Positions 16,041 to 24,856 of a stretch of DNA of 33,107 nucleotides are shown here, piece after piece. A program made the position numbers and the translations under genes. Position 1 is the stretch's first letter; every line of letters starts with the position of its first letter. The notes under the pieces are model-generated. The model searched no databases. It was given only the letters and a program-made list of their open reading frames with translations, and had not been told where the DNA came from. Source of the stretch: a virus (lineage: Duplodnaviria; Caudoviricetes); the IMG/VR virus record IMGVR_UViG_3300032260_000013, positions 1-33,107 of that record. One strand, 5' to 3'.

Positions 16041-16092
16041 TTACCTTTCGTCGGTGCATCTGCTTTTGTAGATGCGCCTAGCGAAGTGTAAC
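16041..16092 (+). repeat. Intergenic hairpin family, copy 2
   Basis: CCTTTCG-TC-GGTGCATCTGC-TTTT-GTAGATGCGCC-TAGCGAAGTGTAAC. Confidence 0.75.
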
Positions 16093-16117
16093 GACAACCA
16101 ACCGATGAGGACCAATC

Positions 16118-16324
16118 ATGTATAACCGGCATATTGAAGAACTCGCCAAGGACGCCGAGAGAGCGCTCAATTACCTGTCAAGGAATGAAGCGCTCGGATA
16201 TAAACACGCCATGTTCCACATGAAGGATTACCTCTTGAGAACCGTTCCGGGATTCGATCCCGACGAGTTTACGAATGCCTGTGGACTCAAGACGAAATCG
16301 TGCAAGTGTCAACCGAGAACGTGA
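16118..16324 (+). CDS. Small phage protein, same family (divergent paralog 3)
   Basis: RBS GAGGA; MYNRHIEELA...PGFDPDEFTNACG. Confidence 0.7.
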   Translation: MYNRHIEELAKDAERALNYLSRNEALGYKHAMFHMKDYLLRTVPGFDPDEFTNACGLKTKSCKCQPRT

Positions 16325-16344
16325 CAACCAACAGGAGAAACGAG

Positions 16345-16701
16345 ATGTCGGAAAAATCCAAGCTTCCCTTGGCCCTCCCAGAGAACGGGCTTCAAATCGC
16401 AGCATACAGAGCGACAGGCGAGGTCAAGCCCGCCGACCCACCCGCTCACACGCTCAAATCCCCGCGTGCTTACGCTGTCGAGATCATGGATGATTGGGGC
16501 GGTGCGAAAAATGGCGTACACTACACCGCCGCGCCATACTTGCGCGAAATGTGTACGTTCCATTCATGGTCCGGATATGCGGGCGCCTACGACGATCCGT
16601 ATTCGGTCACGCGATACTTTCTCTCGAATGCGTCGACGTGGCGCGGCCCGGTCGCGCGGCGAATCAAGAAAGAGCTTCGAGAAATCGTCAAATTCGAGTA
16701 G
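16345..16701 (+). CDS. Conserved phage hypothetical protein
   Basis: Start MSEKSK (RBS AGGAG). The C-terminal AAPYL..M...YFLSNASTWRG.VARRIKKEL motif is recognisable from many phage early regions; function unknown. Confidence 0.75.
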   Translation: MSEKSKLPLALPENGLQIAAYRATGEVKPADPPAHTLKSPRAYAVEIMDDWGGAKNGVHYTAAPYLREMCTFHSWSGYAGAYDDPYSVTRYFLSNASTWRGPVARRIKKELREIVKFE

Positions 16702-16704
16702 CTT

Positions 16705-16758
16705 GTTTCCTTTCGTTGGTTCATCTGATACACTCAGGTGAGCCGAGCGAAGTGTAAC
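16705..16758 (+). repeat. Intergenic hairpin family, copy 3
   Basis: CCTTTCG-TT-GGTTCATCTGA-TACAC-TCAGGTGAGCC-GAGCGAAGTGTAAC; flanks nearly identical to copy 2. Confidence 0.75.
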
Positions 16759-16782
16759 AACCAACCAACCGGAGAAACGACA

Positions 16783-17205
16783 ATGACCATGATCTACGCC
16801 ACAAAATGGACGCTTCACACCGAATGGATGTCGGACGAAAACACGATCGAGGTAATCTTTCCGATCCTGGACGAGTTGCTCGACGGCTATACCGCAACGC
16901 GCGCGGAGGGGGTTTGGAATGGTAACCACGAGCAATCACTGGTTATCGAAATCATTCAAGAGCTTTCCGGGCACAATTCGCGAACCATCGAAACGGCAGC
17001 GCGACGCATTTGTCGAGCGAACAACCAGGACGCGGTCATGGTTACGTCCGAACACGTGAACATGCGGCTCGTGAAACAGTCAAGCGAAATTGTCGCGCGA
17101 GAACTAGGCCATCCGAGCCGATCGGACTTTGCCGAAGAAGAAGCCGAAGACATCAAACGGGATGAGCTTACTCGCGAAGCCCTCGCCCTCCGGGCAATCA
17201 GTTAA
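16783..17205 (+). CDS. Putative S-adenosylmethionine lyase-like protein (T3 SAMase / DUF3574-like)
   Basis: The pattern DGYT...AEGVWNG..EQSLVIEI...AARRIC...NQDAVMV matches the GxW/Y...E...Q(D/E)(A/S)V signature of phage SAM lyases. Located in the early region. Confidence 0.6.
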   Translation: MTMIYATKWTLHTEWMSDENTIEVIFPILDELLDGYTATRAEGVWNGNHEQSLVIEIIQELSGHNSRTIETAARRICRANNQDAVMVTSEHVNMRLVKQSSEIVARELGHPSRSDFAEEEAEDIKRDELTREALALRAIS

Positions 17206-17234
17206 CCGCAACACATACACACAAGGAATGCACC

Positions 17235-17474
17235 ATGACCTATCCCAGACTGTCCGACATCCCGAACCGCACCCAACGCTCCAAGACTCGCGAACGCAAG
17301 GAATACAAAGATCGGTGGTTCGCCGTCCCGCAGGAAAGCCGAGAGGAGACGATTGAGCGGCGCAAAGAGCGCGAAGCCCGCAAGGCGGAAATCAAGCGCT
17401 GCCAGCAAATTCGCCAGCACCGACGCGCCGCGATGCTGCACAACCCGGACACGGAACAAGTCATTTTTTCTTGA
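17235..17474 (+). CDS. Hypothetical highly charged protein
   Basis: AAGGA RBS; 79 aa, Arg/Glu/Lys-rich. Confidence 0.6.
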   Translation: MTYPRLSDIPNRTQRSKTRERKEYKDRWFAVPQESREETIERRKEREARKAEIKRCQQIRQHRRAAMLHNPDTEQVIFS

Positions 17475-17525
17475 GCCTTGCAGAGCTGCCTATCCGACTC
17501 CGGGTAGGCAGAGTGGAACGCTCAA
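17471..17525 (+). repeat. Intergenic hairpin, divergent copy 4
   Basis: CTGCCTATCCG-ACTC-CGGGTAGGCAG closed by outer TTGAGC/GCTCAA. Same architecture and position as copies 1-3. Confidence 0.6.
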
Positions 17526-17545
17526 CATCAAAAAAGGATACCGCC

Positions 17546-18220
17546 ATGTCTACAACTCCGAAAAAGAAGCCCGCCAAGTCCCGACGCAAGGCTTGGGTCG
17601 ACACCCTATGCTTTGACGCTCTTTGCTCAAACGTCGCGCGCGCATACGATAGCGCAACGGCGGATGAAAGGGTTTCGGGATCGTTCTGGTATACGAACGC
17701 GCACGATTGGATTTGTCGGCTTTCGGACGATTCGTTTAACTGGGAAACAGGGGAAATTACAACGGCGGAACAAGTCGCCGGTATGGTTGCCGCCTTGTCG
17801 CCTGGCGTCCGTTGGAGTACAAACCAGACCGACGCGGAGAGAGCCATGCAGCGCGATCGAGGACACCGATATTCAACATATGGCAAGCAAGTCGCGAAAG
17901 CCTTCGAGATCGTAGACGGAGCCGACCCGAGGGTGGTGCTTCGCGGACCGAAAGAGCGCGCGTTCTTTGAGTGTCTCTTGAATCCCGCAAATCGGGAATG
18001 GGTTGTTCTCGACAGGCATGCGTTACGGGTTGCCATCGACTGGCGCGCAACCATAGATGACGTGAACAGGTGGACTAGCCGAGCGCGGGTTGTGGAAACG
18101 ATTTCTCGCGTGTATACCTACGTCGCGCGACAGTTACAGATCTCGCCTTGTGAACTACAGGCGATTACGTGGCTGTGGTTTCGGAACAATCACGTCGAAA
18201 CGCGATATAGGGATCAGTAA
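17546..18220 (+). CDS. Conserved phage protein resembling the HhH DNA-glycosylase superfamily
   Basis: Start MSTTPKK (RBS AAGGA). Motifs FWY..A, VAALSP...W..N, GPKERAF, VVLDRHALR and ELQAITW. Confidence 0.65.
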   Translation: MSTTPKKKPAKSRRKAWVDTLCFDALCSNVARAYDSATADERVSGSFWYTNAHDWICRLSDDSFNWETGEITTAEQVAGMVAALSPGVRWSTNQTDAERAMQRDRGHRYSTYGKQVAKAFEIVDGADPRVVLRGPKERAFFECLLNPANREWVVLDRHALRVAIDWRATIDDVNRWTSRARVVETISRVYTYVARQLQISPCELQAITWLWFRNNHVETRYRDQ

Positions 18221-18239
18221 ACTGAAAACGCAGGAGGGC

Positions 18240-18269
18240 TTGACTTATGCCGCCCGGTTAAGGTAGACT
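18240..18269 (+). promoter_or_regulatory. Sigma70-type promoter
   Basis: TTGACT-N18-TAGACT in an intergenic gap. Confidence 0.65.
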
Positions 18270-18383
18270 AGTCCGTAGTGGAGTGCCGTATAGATACACC
18301 GAGATAAACCGCAAACGCACGCAAGGGGGAAGCCATGACAACAGATCGGGGAAAGCCCGGTCACAGTTGAGACGAAGCATAAC

Positions 18384-18417
18384 GCCAGGGGAATTAGAGC
18401 CTCCCCTGGCACTTTTT
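18384..18417 (+). terminator. Rho-independent terminator
   Basis: Perfect 9-bp stem GCCAGGGGA/TCCCCTGGC followed by ACTTTTT. Confidence 0.7.
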
Positions 18418-18488
18418 ATACATTAGTTGAATTCGATGCTGGCAACTAAGCCAAGTCCCTATAACCAACACAGGAAAGGGGTGCACTA

Positions 18489-18770
18489 GTGGAAACAAGA
18501 ATCATCAAGGTGGAGGAATTCATCAGCGCACTAAGGGATATCCCTTACGCTGACGCTCTTGTCGACGAAGATGACATCGAACCCGAAACGGACGAAGCCC
18601 TAGAGGCGGAAGCTCGCGCATATCTGGACAAGTCGGTTTGGGAATTCGTCGGTTGGCCGTCCGCGGTGCTCTCACACTTCGGGATTCCGGCTGATGCGAC
18701 CATGGTCTCGGGCAATCGATCGCTTGCGGTATTCCATCTTGACGAAACGAAAGGGGGAGGCCGTGAATAG
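18489..18770 (+). CDS. Hypothetical acidic protein
   Basis: GTG start with AAGGGG RBS; 93 aa. Confidence 0.6.
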   Translation: METRIIKVEEFISALRDIPYADALVDEDDIEPETDEALEAEARAYLDKSVWEFVGWPSAVLSHFGIPADATMVSGNRSLAVFHLDETKGGGRE

Positions 18771-19206
18771 TTCGTTTCTTCTCACCGCCGCCGCCGTCGC
18801 CGTCATCTCGTGGACGCTTTCGTCAGAGCGTCTCTTTCAGGCGCCGCGCCAGTGGGTCGCCAAGCGCTCAAAACTTCTCGCCCTTGGGGTAGCCTGTCCG
18901 TTCTGCGTTGGTGGCTGGGTGGCCGTCCCTGCGCTGTCTCTCGTGTCTCCGGAGACGATTCCGGCGATCATCAGCACGTATTTCGTGCTCGTGGGAGCTT
19001 CCGGAGTGCTGACCACCCTATACGGGACGGCGCGACAGCTCTTGAAGCTCGCGACGTCTCGTGCTACAATCGCAGCTCTCGAGGCGGCAACGCTGACCGC
19101 CCGCGCGAAGAGACTGGAGAAGCTCCAGAGGCGCAACGTTCTTCCAACCTCAACTTCTGATGACGCAACGCATGTGGATCGCATAGCGTCATTGGCGAGG
19201 GTATAA
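18763..19206 (+). CDS. DUF1360-like membrane protein
   Basis: GTG start with GGAGG RBS. Hydrophobic segments and the LF.APR.W...CPFCVGGWVA motif characteristic of DUF1360. Confidence 0.65.
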   Translation: MNSSFLLTAAAVAVISWTLSSERLFQAPRQWVAKRSKLLALGVACPFCVGGWVAVPALSLVSPETIPAIISTYFVLVGASGVLTTLYGTARQLLKLATSRATIAALEAATLTARAKRLEKLQRRNVLPTSTSDDATHVDRIASLARV

Positions 19207-19207
19207 C

Positions 19208-19588
19208 ATGTTCTACGTCTACGACGATGACATCTCTGGGCTTGATCCGTGGATCAATTCCGTTCCTGATTGCGGTGATCAAGTGATGTTTCTTCTTGAT
19301 CCGCACCTAACCTCGGACGAAACCGATGAAACGAGGGCCGCTCTAACCAAGCGATTCCGAAAAGTTAACAAGTACGTTCTATGGGAGGAACCCGACGCGC
19401 GTGTGACACTCATGAACCTACCGGCGCACACCACATCGATCGCGGTGAAGCAAAGTATTCGCTTGTTTGGTCGGGTAGTTGCGACGCCCACAAGAGAGGA
19501 GATACAACCATGGAAGCAAACCGAGCGGCAGATTCGTGCCCGAAGTGTCGATACTTGGGTGGCCCAATGGCGCATGCGTGCGCGCTAG
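19208..19588 (+). CDS. Hypothetical protein
   Basis: GAGG RBS; 126 aa; abuts the previous gene. Confidence 0.6.
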   Translation: MFYVYDDDISGLDPWINSVPDCGDQVMFLLDPHLTSDETDETRAALTKRFRKVNKYVLWEEPDARVTLMNLPAHTTSIAVKQSIRLFGRVVATPTREEIQPWKQTERQIRARSVDTWVAQWRMRAR

Positions 19589-19702
19589 TGTTGCTGTCGA
19601 CGGGTAAATACCGAATCCGACCCGGTACGATTCGATGTAACCCGGAGACAAAAAACTCCTCTGTCGTTCTGGAGCGCATCAGCGACGCCAAGGAGGAAAC
19701 AG

Positions 19703-19927
19703 ATGGACCTTGAAGTTTTCGGTTGTGGATTCGTAATAGGCGTGGTATTCTACGTGCGCCTAATCGTTACGCGGTCTTCTCTACTCGACAGCACACCACA
19801 AACCGATCGTGCGAAAAGTGTAGGATACCCATGGGAGAACTCAAATGAGCATAGAGACTCGACAGGAACAAATCGAGCGCTTATATCCAGACCTATTAAG
19901 GCTCGTTGCCTCCAGGACGACGTCTGA
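19703..19927 (+). CDS. Small hypothetical protein with N-terminal hydrophobic segment
   Basis: Strong AAGGAGG RBS, but overlaps the sigma gene by about 80 bp. Confidence 0.45.
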   Translation: MDLEVFGCGFVIGVVFYVRLIVTRSSLLDSTPQTDRAKSVGYPWENSNEHRDSTGTNRALISRPIKARCLQDDV

Positions 19928-20327
19928 CATTGCCGCCGATATCGTGCACGATGTTGTTGTGCACCTACTCCAGTTGCCGAAAGAAAAGCAGACTACGGAC
20001 TCGTGGATCATGCGGCTTGCCGTAAACCGAGCGCTAAACAAGGTGCGCGATGACGGTAGGCGAGCAGTACGGGAGCGTGGATTTCTGGACGTGACTCACG
20101 GGAACAACGAACCCACCCAACTTGAATCTCTTCTTCTGGATGAGTCTCTTCTCCGTCTCAACGAAGCGTTTAAGTTACTACCGAACGACGATGCAATGCT
20201 CATCTTTGTTCACTACTTCTGGGAATTCAGCCAACGCAAGACGGCGGAATTTCGTGGTCTGAGCAAATCTACCGTGAATAGCTCGCTAGCGCGCATCCGT
20301 GCCAAACTAAGGGAGAATCTACAATGA
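19845..20327 (+). CDS. RNA polymerase sigma factor, sigma70 family ECF-type
   Basis: 160 aa. Region 2 (AADIVHDVVVHL...SWIMRLAVNRALNKVR) and region 4 HTH (LP...FSQRKTAEFRGLSKSTVNSSLARIRAKLR). Confidence 0.85.
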   Translation: MSIETRQEQIERLYPDLLRLVASRTTSDIAADIVHDVVVHLLQLPKEKQTTDSWIMRLAVNRALNKVRDDGRRAVRERGFLDVTHGNNEPTQLESLLLDESLLRLNEAFKLLPNDDAMLIFVHYFWEFSQRKTAEFRGLSKSTVNSSLARIRAKLRENLQ

Positions 20328-21277
20328 GCGATTGCGAACACTTTGATCTATTCGGTGGAGATGTGCGGCTGCGCTTTTGCCCGGACAAGCACGTCTACCA
20401 CGTTCAACCGGCCGCGCCTGGGGTTTCTCTTCCTGAATCTCCGGATCTCAAACCAAATACATCGTGGTTATATGTTCCGTCTGTCACATCGATTGGAAGA
20501 ATGCTCGGTGGAGACAAGGTGAACGGACTGTTGTGGTGGGCGGTAGACCAAACGCTGCGCCATCTCGACGCGAATTTGGCAAGCGGCGTGGTAGTGCCTA
20601 CGATTGAAGGCTTTCTTGATTGCGCCGTTGGCCGAATCGAAAGCGCGCTGGGCTCGCGTGAAAGCTTGTCGCGCGGCGAACTAGAGGACACCATCAACGC
20701 ACTCGACACGTGTGTCGGCAACGATTTGGTTGGGTGGTCCAATCTCCGTGGCGTAGCCGCAAAGGCTCGCGATGCAAATCTTGGTAACGCGGCCGACCTC
20801 GGTACCGTCGTGCACAATTGGTTGGAGGAGTATGTCAACCATAAATACCTGAACAAGGCCGAGATGCCCGCCGAACCGAGCGACCCCGTTGTGCAGCGCG
20901 CGATCAAGAAATGGTTGGCGTGGGAAGCAAAGCAGGACATCGAGTGGTTGATGACTGAAGAGCGTCTCTACTCCCACACGTGGCACTATGCCGGAACGAT
21001 GGACGCCGTTGCCGTGGTGAACGGCAAGCTTACCTTGATTGACTATAAGACGTCGAAAAAGGTTTATCCGGAGCATCGGCTTCAAACTGCGGCTTACAGC
21101 ATGGCGATCAAGGAAGAGTACAACGAGGATATTGAGCAACGGATCATCATTCGGCTGTCTAAAACGACGGGTGAAACCAAGGCGACGAACCTTGAAGATC
21201 TTGGATTTACAATCAAAGAGGACTTTACCGCATTTGCGGGGCTTCGCGCCGTCTATCGCCTGCTCAAGGGCGCATGA
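20324..21277 (+). CDS. PD-(D/E)XK exonuclease (phage Cas4/RecB-like)
   Basis: Motifs VPSVTSI, GTVVH, E.RL, YAGTMD, IDYKTS and LQTAAY. Confidence 0.85.
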   Translation: MSDCEHFDLFGGDVRLRFCPDKHVYHVQPAAPGVSLPESPDLKPNTSWLYVPSVTSIGRMLGGDKVNGLLWWAVDQTLRHLDANLASGVVVPTIEGFLDCAVGRIESALGSRESLSRGELEDTINALDTCVGNDLVGWSNLRGVAAKARDANLGNAADLGTVVHNWLEEYVNHKYLNKAEMPAEPSDPVVQRAIKKWLAWEAKQDIEWLMTEERLYSHTWHYAGTMDAVAVVNGKLTLIDYKTSKKVYPEHRLQTAAYSMAIKEEYNEDIEQRIIIRLSKTTGETKATNLEDLGFTIKEDFTAFAGLRAVYRLLKGA

Positions 21278-21288
21278 TTGGAGGAGAC

Positions 21289-22938
21289 ATGCTACACGAC
21301 CACCTGACAGCCGTATATGATGCGTTTGGTTTGAGCGGTGACGAAACCGGAGAGGTTGCCGTTCGCTGTCCGTTTCACGGGGACACTAGCGCGAGCGCTT
21401 CCATCAACCTGGAGCGTAGTAAGTACAACTGCCACGCATGCGGTAAAGCCTTTTCCACGCTGCACGCTCTTGCGGACGCGCTGGAAGAAACGGATACCGC
21501 GGCGGAAGAGCCTGCGCAGATGCCCGTCGTGCTTCCCGCCCAGGCTGCGCAGCCCGTCGATCTCGAGTCGCTGGCTTTCGACTACCTGGAGTCGCGGGGA
21601 TTCCACGACTCAAACTTGACAGGTGTTGAATTCGAGGTCGAGACCGACACAACGTCGCCAATGTACGGATATCTGATCATGCGTACGGCCGGTTATGGTG
21701 ATCGGTTTGTTGCCCGTAACCTGCTTCCGAATACAAACCCACGGTACTTCAACAGCACAGGCAAGAAGGATCTCTTCTACCTTGACGGATACGACGAAGA
21801 GGCGGGGTATATTTGGTTGGTTGAGGGTATCTTTGATGCGCTGTCTTTGCGTGCGCTTGGCTACGTAAACGTGGCTGCCGTATTGGGGTCCAAGCTTTCG
21901 TCCGAAGCCATGTATCAAATACGTGATAAGACCGTGTTCCTCTTGTTTGATCGGGACTACGCCGGTTATTCCGGAGCGAAGAAAGCCGCCAAGGAATTGC
22001 ACGTAATGAAAGGAAATCCGATCGTTGTCGAGATGGAGCGCGAGCACGGCGATGATCCAAACGACGCGTTCGTTCGCGACGCCGCATCCTTTGAGGCGTG
22101 GCTCCGAGAGCAGGCGGTGGGACAAGCCAGGAACGACGTTGCATACATCGAAAGCTTTCTCGCCGATGCGTTGCCACTACAGCTCGTCCCAACGGGACTT
22201 CCTGTGCTGGATGACATGCTCGGCGGCGGGTTCAAGGATGGCGTGATCGTCCTCGGTGCCGAACCGGCCGTAGGCAAGACGTCATTTGCGGCGTGGTTTG
22301 CGGCAAACGCGGCAAGCAATCACGGCAAGCGTGTCTTGTTCATCACATACGAGGTGACCAAGCGTCAGATCTGGTCTCGGATTGCCTCAATCAGATCCGG
22401 CGCGCATTGGGCCACGTTGGAATTGAACCCGGCGATGGTAGGTGTCGAGGGCAGGAAATGGCTCGATCAAGTCAGCCAGCTTATCCGTGTCGAGGCGGGA
22501 TGGAGCGTACAAAAGATCCTTGGTGCCATTGCTGGCTACGACGTGGTGATTGTGGATTACCTACAGCGTATGCCCGGCAAGCCAGGCGATGACGTTGACG
22601 AGATGGCAAACGTGAGCGCAAACATTCGACAGCTGTCAAACATTGCGCGAGACCATCAGAAGATCATTCTCTGCATCAGCTCACTCAACCGGGTTGGTTA
22701 CGGGGCGATCAACATGTCAATCTTCAAGGCATCCGGGGATACGGAATACGTTGCTCAGGTTGCAATGGCGCTGCTTCGGCATCGAGCGGCGGCGGATGAA
22801 AAGCCAGAGGGATTGATTGACCTTCACGTCATCAAAAACACGCGCGGCGCAAGGGGCGTTCGCGTACTCCAGTCTGACTTAGGACACCAAACGTTCGCCG
22901 AGGCCGAACCGTACGGCGGAAAGTACCAACCGGACTAG
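21289..22938 (+). CDS. DNA primase-helicase
   Basis: Zn finger CPFH...CHAC, TOPRIM domain (LVEGIFDAL, FDRDYAG, DPND) and SF4/DnaB-like helicase (GAEPAVGKT, IVDYLQ, SSLNR, KNTRG). Start set at the ATG behind GGAGGAG. Confidence 0.92.
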   Translation: MLHDHLTAVYDAFGLSGDETGEVAVRCPFHGDTSASASINLERSKYNCHACGKAFSTLHALADALEETDTAAEEPAQMPVVLPAQAAQPVDLESLAFDYLESRGFHDSNLTGVEFEVETDTTSPMYGYLIMRTAGYGDRFVARNLLPNTNPRYFNSTGKKDLFYLDGYDEEAGYIWLVEGIFDALSLRALGYVNVAAVLGSKLSSEAMYQIRDKTVFLLFDRDYAGYSGAKKAAKELHVMKGNPIVVEMEREHGDDPNDAFVRDAASFEAWLREQAVGQARNDVAYIESFLADALPLQLVPTGLPVLDDMLGGGFKDGVIVLGAEPAVGKTSFAAWFAANAASNHGKRVLFITYEVTKRQIWSRIASIRSGAHWATLELNPAMVGVEGRKWLDQVSQLIRVEAGWSVQKILGAIAGYDVVIVDYLQRMPGKPGDDVDEMANVSANIRQLSNIARDHQKIILCISSLNRVGYGAINMSIFKASGDTEYVAQVAMALLRHRAAADEKPEGLIDLHVIKNTRGARGVRVLQSDLGHQTFAEAEPYGGKYQPD

Positions 22939-22955
22939 ACCAAGGAGGAAGTCGC

Positions 22956-24845
22956 ATGGCGGATGATGCAATAAACGAAGCACAAACGATTCGCGAGATG
23001 GCGAAGACTCCTCGTGTCTGGGGATTTGATCTCGAGACGTACAACCCCGGAGGACAGCCAGATCCGTGGCACGAAGAGGGGCGGATTCTTACCGCCGCGT
23101 TGTCCACGGACGGTATGAACTTCGGCTTTCTACTCGACCATCCGCTGGATACCGAGACGACCGACGAGCAGTACGCCGATCGCATGCTTGCAATCGACGC
23201 GGTACTTTCCAACCAAGCAAACACCATCTCTTGCCACAACCTCGTTACTTTCGACGCCGTTTGGTGGATGCTGCGAATGGAACGAGAGGTTTTTGGGGCG
23301 ACTCAGTTTGATACTCGCATTGCACACTCGCTGATTAACGAAAACGAGGAGAACTCCCTAGACGCGCTGGCGCGTAAGTACACGAGCCACGTAAAGAACG
23401 AGGAAAAACTCAACAGAAAGAGGCTGGACAAGGTGGATCCCGCTGCCGTTCTTCGGTACAACATGTCGGACGCCCGGATAAGCTACGACTTGTTTCATCC
23501 TGTAATGAGGGACTTGGTTGCCGAGAAGCAGCTCCACATGTTTGAGTTTATGCGTCGAGTTGCGCTGGTAACGCAGCGGATGACCATGATCGGTGTACAC
23601 ATCGACATGGGGTGGGTTGAGTCCCAGAGCGCGGCGATTTTGGATGAGGCAAACGCTCAGGAGATGGAGCTGAAAAAGCTTTTTGGTGACGTGTCATTTA
23701 CCTCACCAAAGCAGCTCGCAGACTTGTTGTTTAATAAGCTGAGGCTGCCGGTTCTCACGCGATCAAAGAAGACCCAAGCTCCGGCCACCAGCAAGCAAGC
23801 GTTTCTGACTCTCAAAAACAAGGCGCAGTTGAGTAGGCGCACGCGAGGACTACTCGACCAGATTTTGACGATGCGCGGAACAAAGAAGCTTCACGGCACA
23901 TACCTGTATCCGTTAGGATCGAAGCACCGAAAAGGGGACGGGCGTATTCATACGACGTTTAATATTGGTACCGGTCGTGGCATAGGTGGCACCGTTACAG
24001 GTCGCTTGTCTAGTTCATCTCCGAACTACCAAAACATGCCGCGCGATGCTCGCCTACGCGGCGTCGTCGTTCCGACGCCTGGGATGGTGATGTTTGACGC
24101 TGACTATTCACAACTTGAGCTGCGTATCCTTGCTTGGTATTCAAAGGATCCAGACATGTTGGAGGCGTTTCGTGTAGGGCAGGACTTGCACACCCTGACG
24201 GTGGCACGAATGTCGGGTCTCAAGTACGAAGACGTCGTGGAAAAGCTGTCGAATCCGAGTACGAAAGCGGTCTGGAAAGAGAAGCGTGTGCAGGCCAAGC
24301 GCGTCAACTTCGGCATTCCCTACGGCGTCGGTCCGTACGGACTGATGTTGCAGCTTTGGGATTCGGGTGTGCGCGCCGACGAAGGTACGGCCGCAGAACT
24401 AATCCAAGGCTGGAAGCGTACGTTTAAGGGTGCCACGGCCCAGCTTGAACGATGGAAGGATACGGTCGTTCAAACCGGGCAGCTTGTTACGCCAACTGGT
24501 CGTATTCGTAGACTTCCTGGAGGATCAAGGTACTCAGGAGACGGCAACAGGGTATTGCGACAGGGAATCAACTATCCGATTCAGTCTCTTGCAGCCGATA
24601 TCACGTTCGCCGCGCTGGTGTTACTACACGAGGAGTTTGAACGACAAGGGGGTGCCCGACTTACGTTAACGGTGCACGACTCTCTCATGGGAGAGTACTA
24701 CGAAGAAGACTGGCCGGATATGGAGCACGTTGTGCGCCGAATCATGGTCGACGACACACTAGACTTCATCCGCGATCGCTGGGGTATCGAAGGTATTCCA
24801 CTTGCGGTTGATGTCGACACTGCGCTGCCACGATGGGGCGTTTAA
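22956..24845 (+). CDS. polA: DNA polymerase, family A (3'-5' exonuclease plus polymerase)
   Basis: ExoI DLET, ExoII HN...FD, ExoIII YNMSD; TGRLSSSSPNYQN; motif A DYSQLELR; motif B AKRVNFGIPYG; motif C TVHDS. Confidence 0.95.
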   Translation: MADDAINEAQTIREMAKTPRVWGFDLETYNPGGQPDPWHEEGRILTAALSTDGMNFGFLLDHPLDTETTDEQYADRMLAIDAVLSNQANTISCHNLVTFDAVWWMLRMEREVFGATQFDTRIAHSLINENEENSLDALARKYTSHVKNEEKLNRKRLDKVDPAAVLRYNMSDARISYDLFHPVMRDLVAEKQLHMFEFMRRVALVTQRMTMIGVHIDMGWVESQSAAILDEANAQEMELKKLFGDVSFTSPKQLADLLFNKLRLPVLTRSKKTQAPATSKQAFLTLKNKAQLSRRTRGLLDQILTMRGTKKLHGTYLYPLGSKHRKGDGRIHTTFNIGTGRGIGGTVTGRLSSSSPNYQNMPRDARLRGVVVPTPGMVMFDADYSQLELRILAWYSKDPDMLEAFRVGQDLHTLTVARMSGLKYEDVVEKLSNPSTKAVWKEKRVQAKRVNFGIPYGVGPYGLMLQLWDSGVRADEGTAAELIQGWKRTFKGATAQLERWKDTVVQTGQLVTPTGRIRRLPGGSRYSGDGNRVLRQGINYPIQSLAADITFAALVLLHEEFERQGGARLTLTVHDSLMGEYYEEDWPDMEHVVRRIMVDDTLDFIRDRWGIEGIPLAVDVDTALPRWGV

Positions 24846-24856
24846 GGAGAACAACG

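Noticed and set aside
15272-16758. Hammerhead ribozymes or intrinsic terminators at the CATCTGA hairpins
   Set aside because: CTGA is paired in the stem, the CUGANGA/GAAA core is absent, and there are no downstream U-tracts.
20324-21277. CRISPR-associated Cas4
   Set aside because: It lacks the C-terminal Cys cluster and any CRISPR context; it is an ordinary phage PD-(D/E)XK exonuclease.
22956-24845. Modified-base (e.g. Z-genome) polymerase, or intein/intron insertion
   Set aside because: Motifs are canonical (Phe at the 762-equivalent position), the length is normal, and no purZ or base-modification genes are visible in the window.
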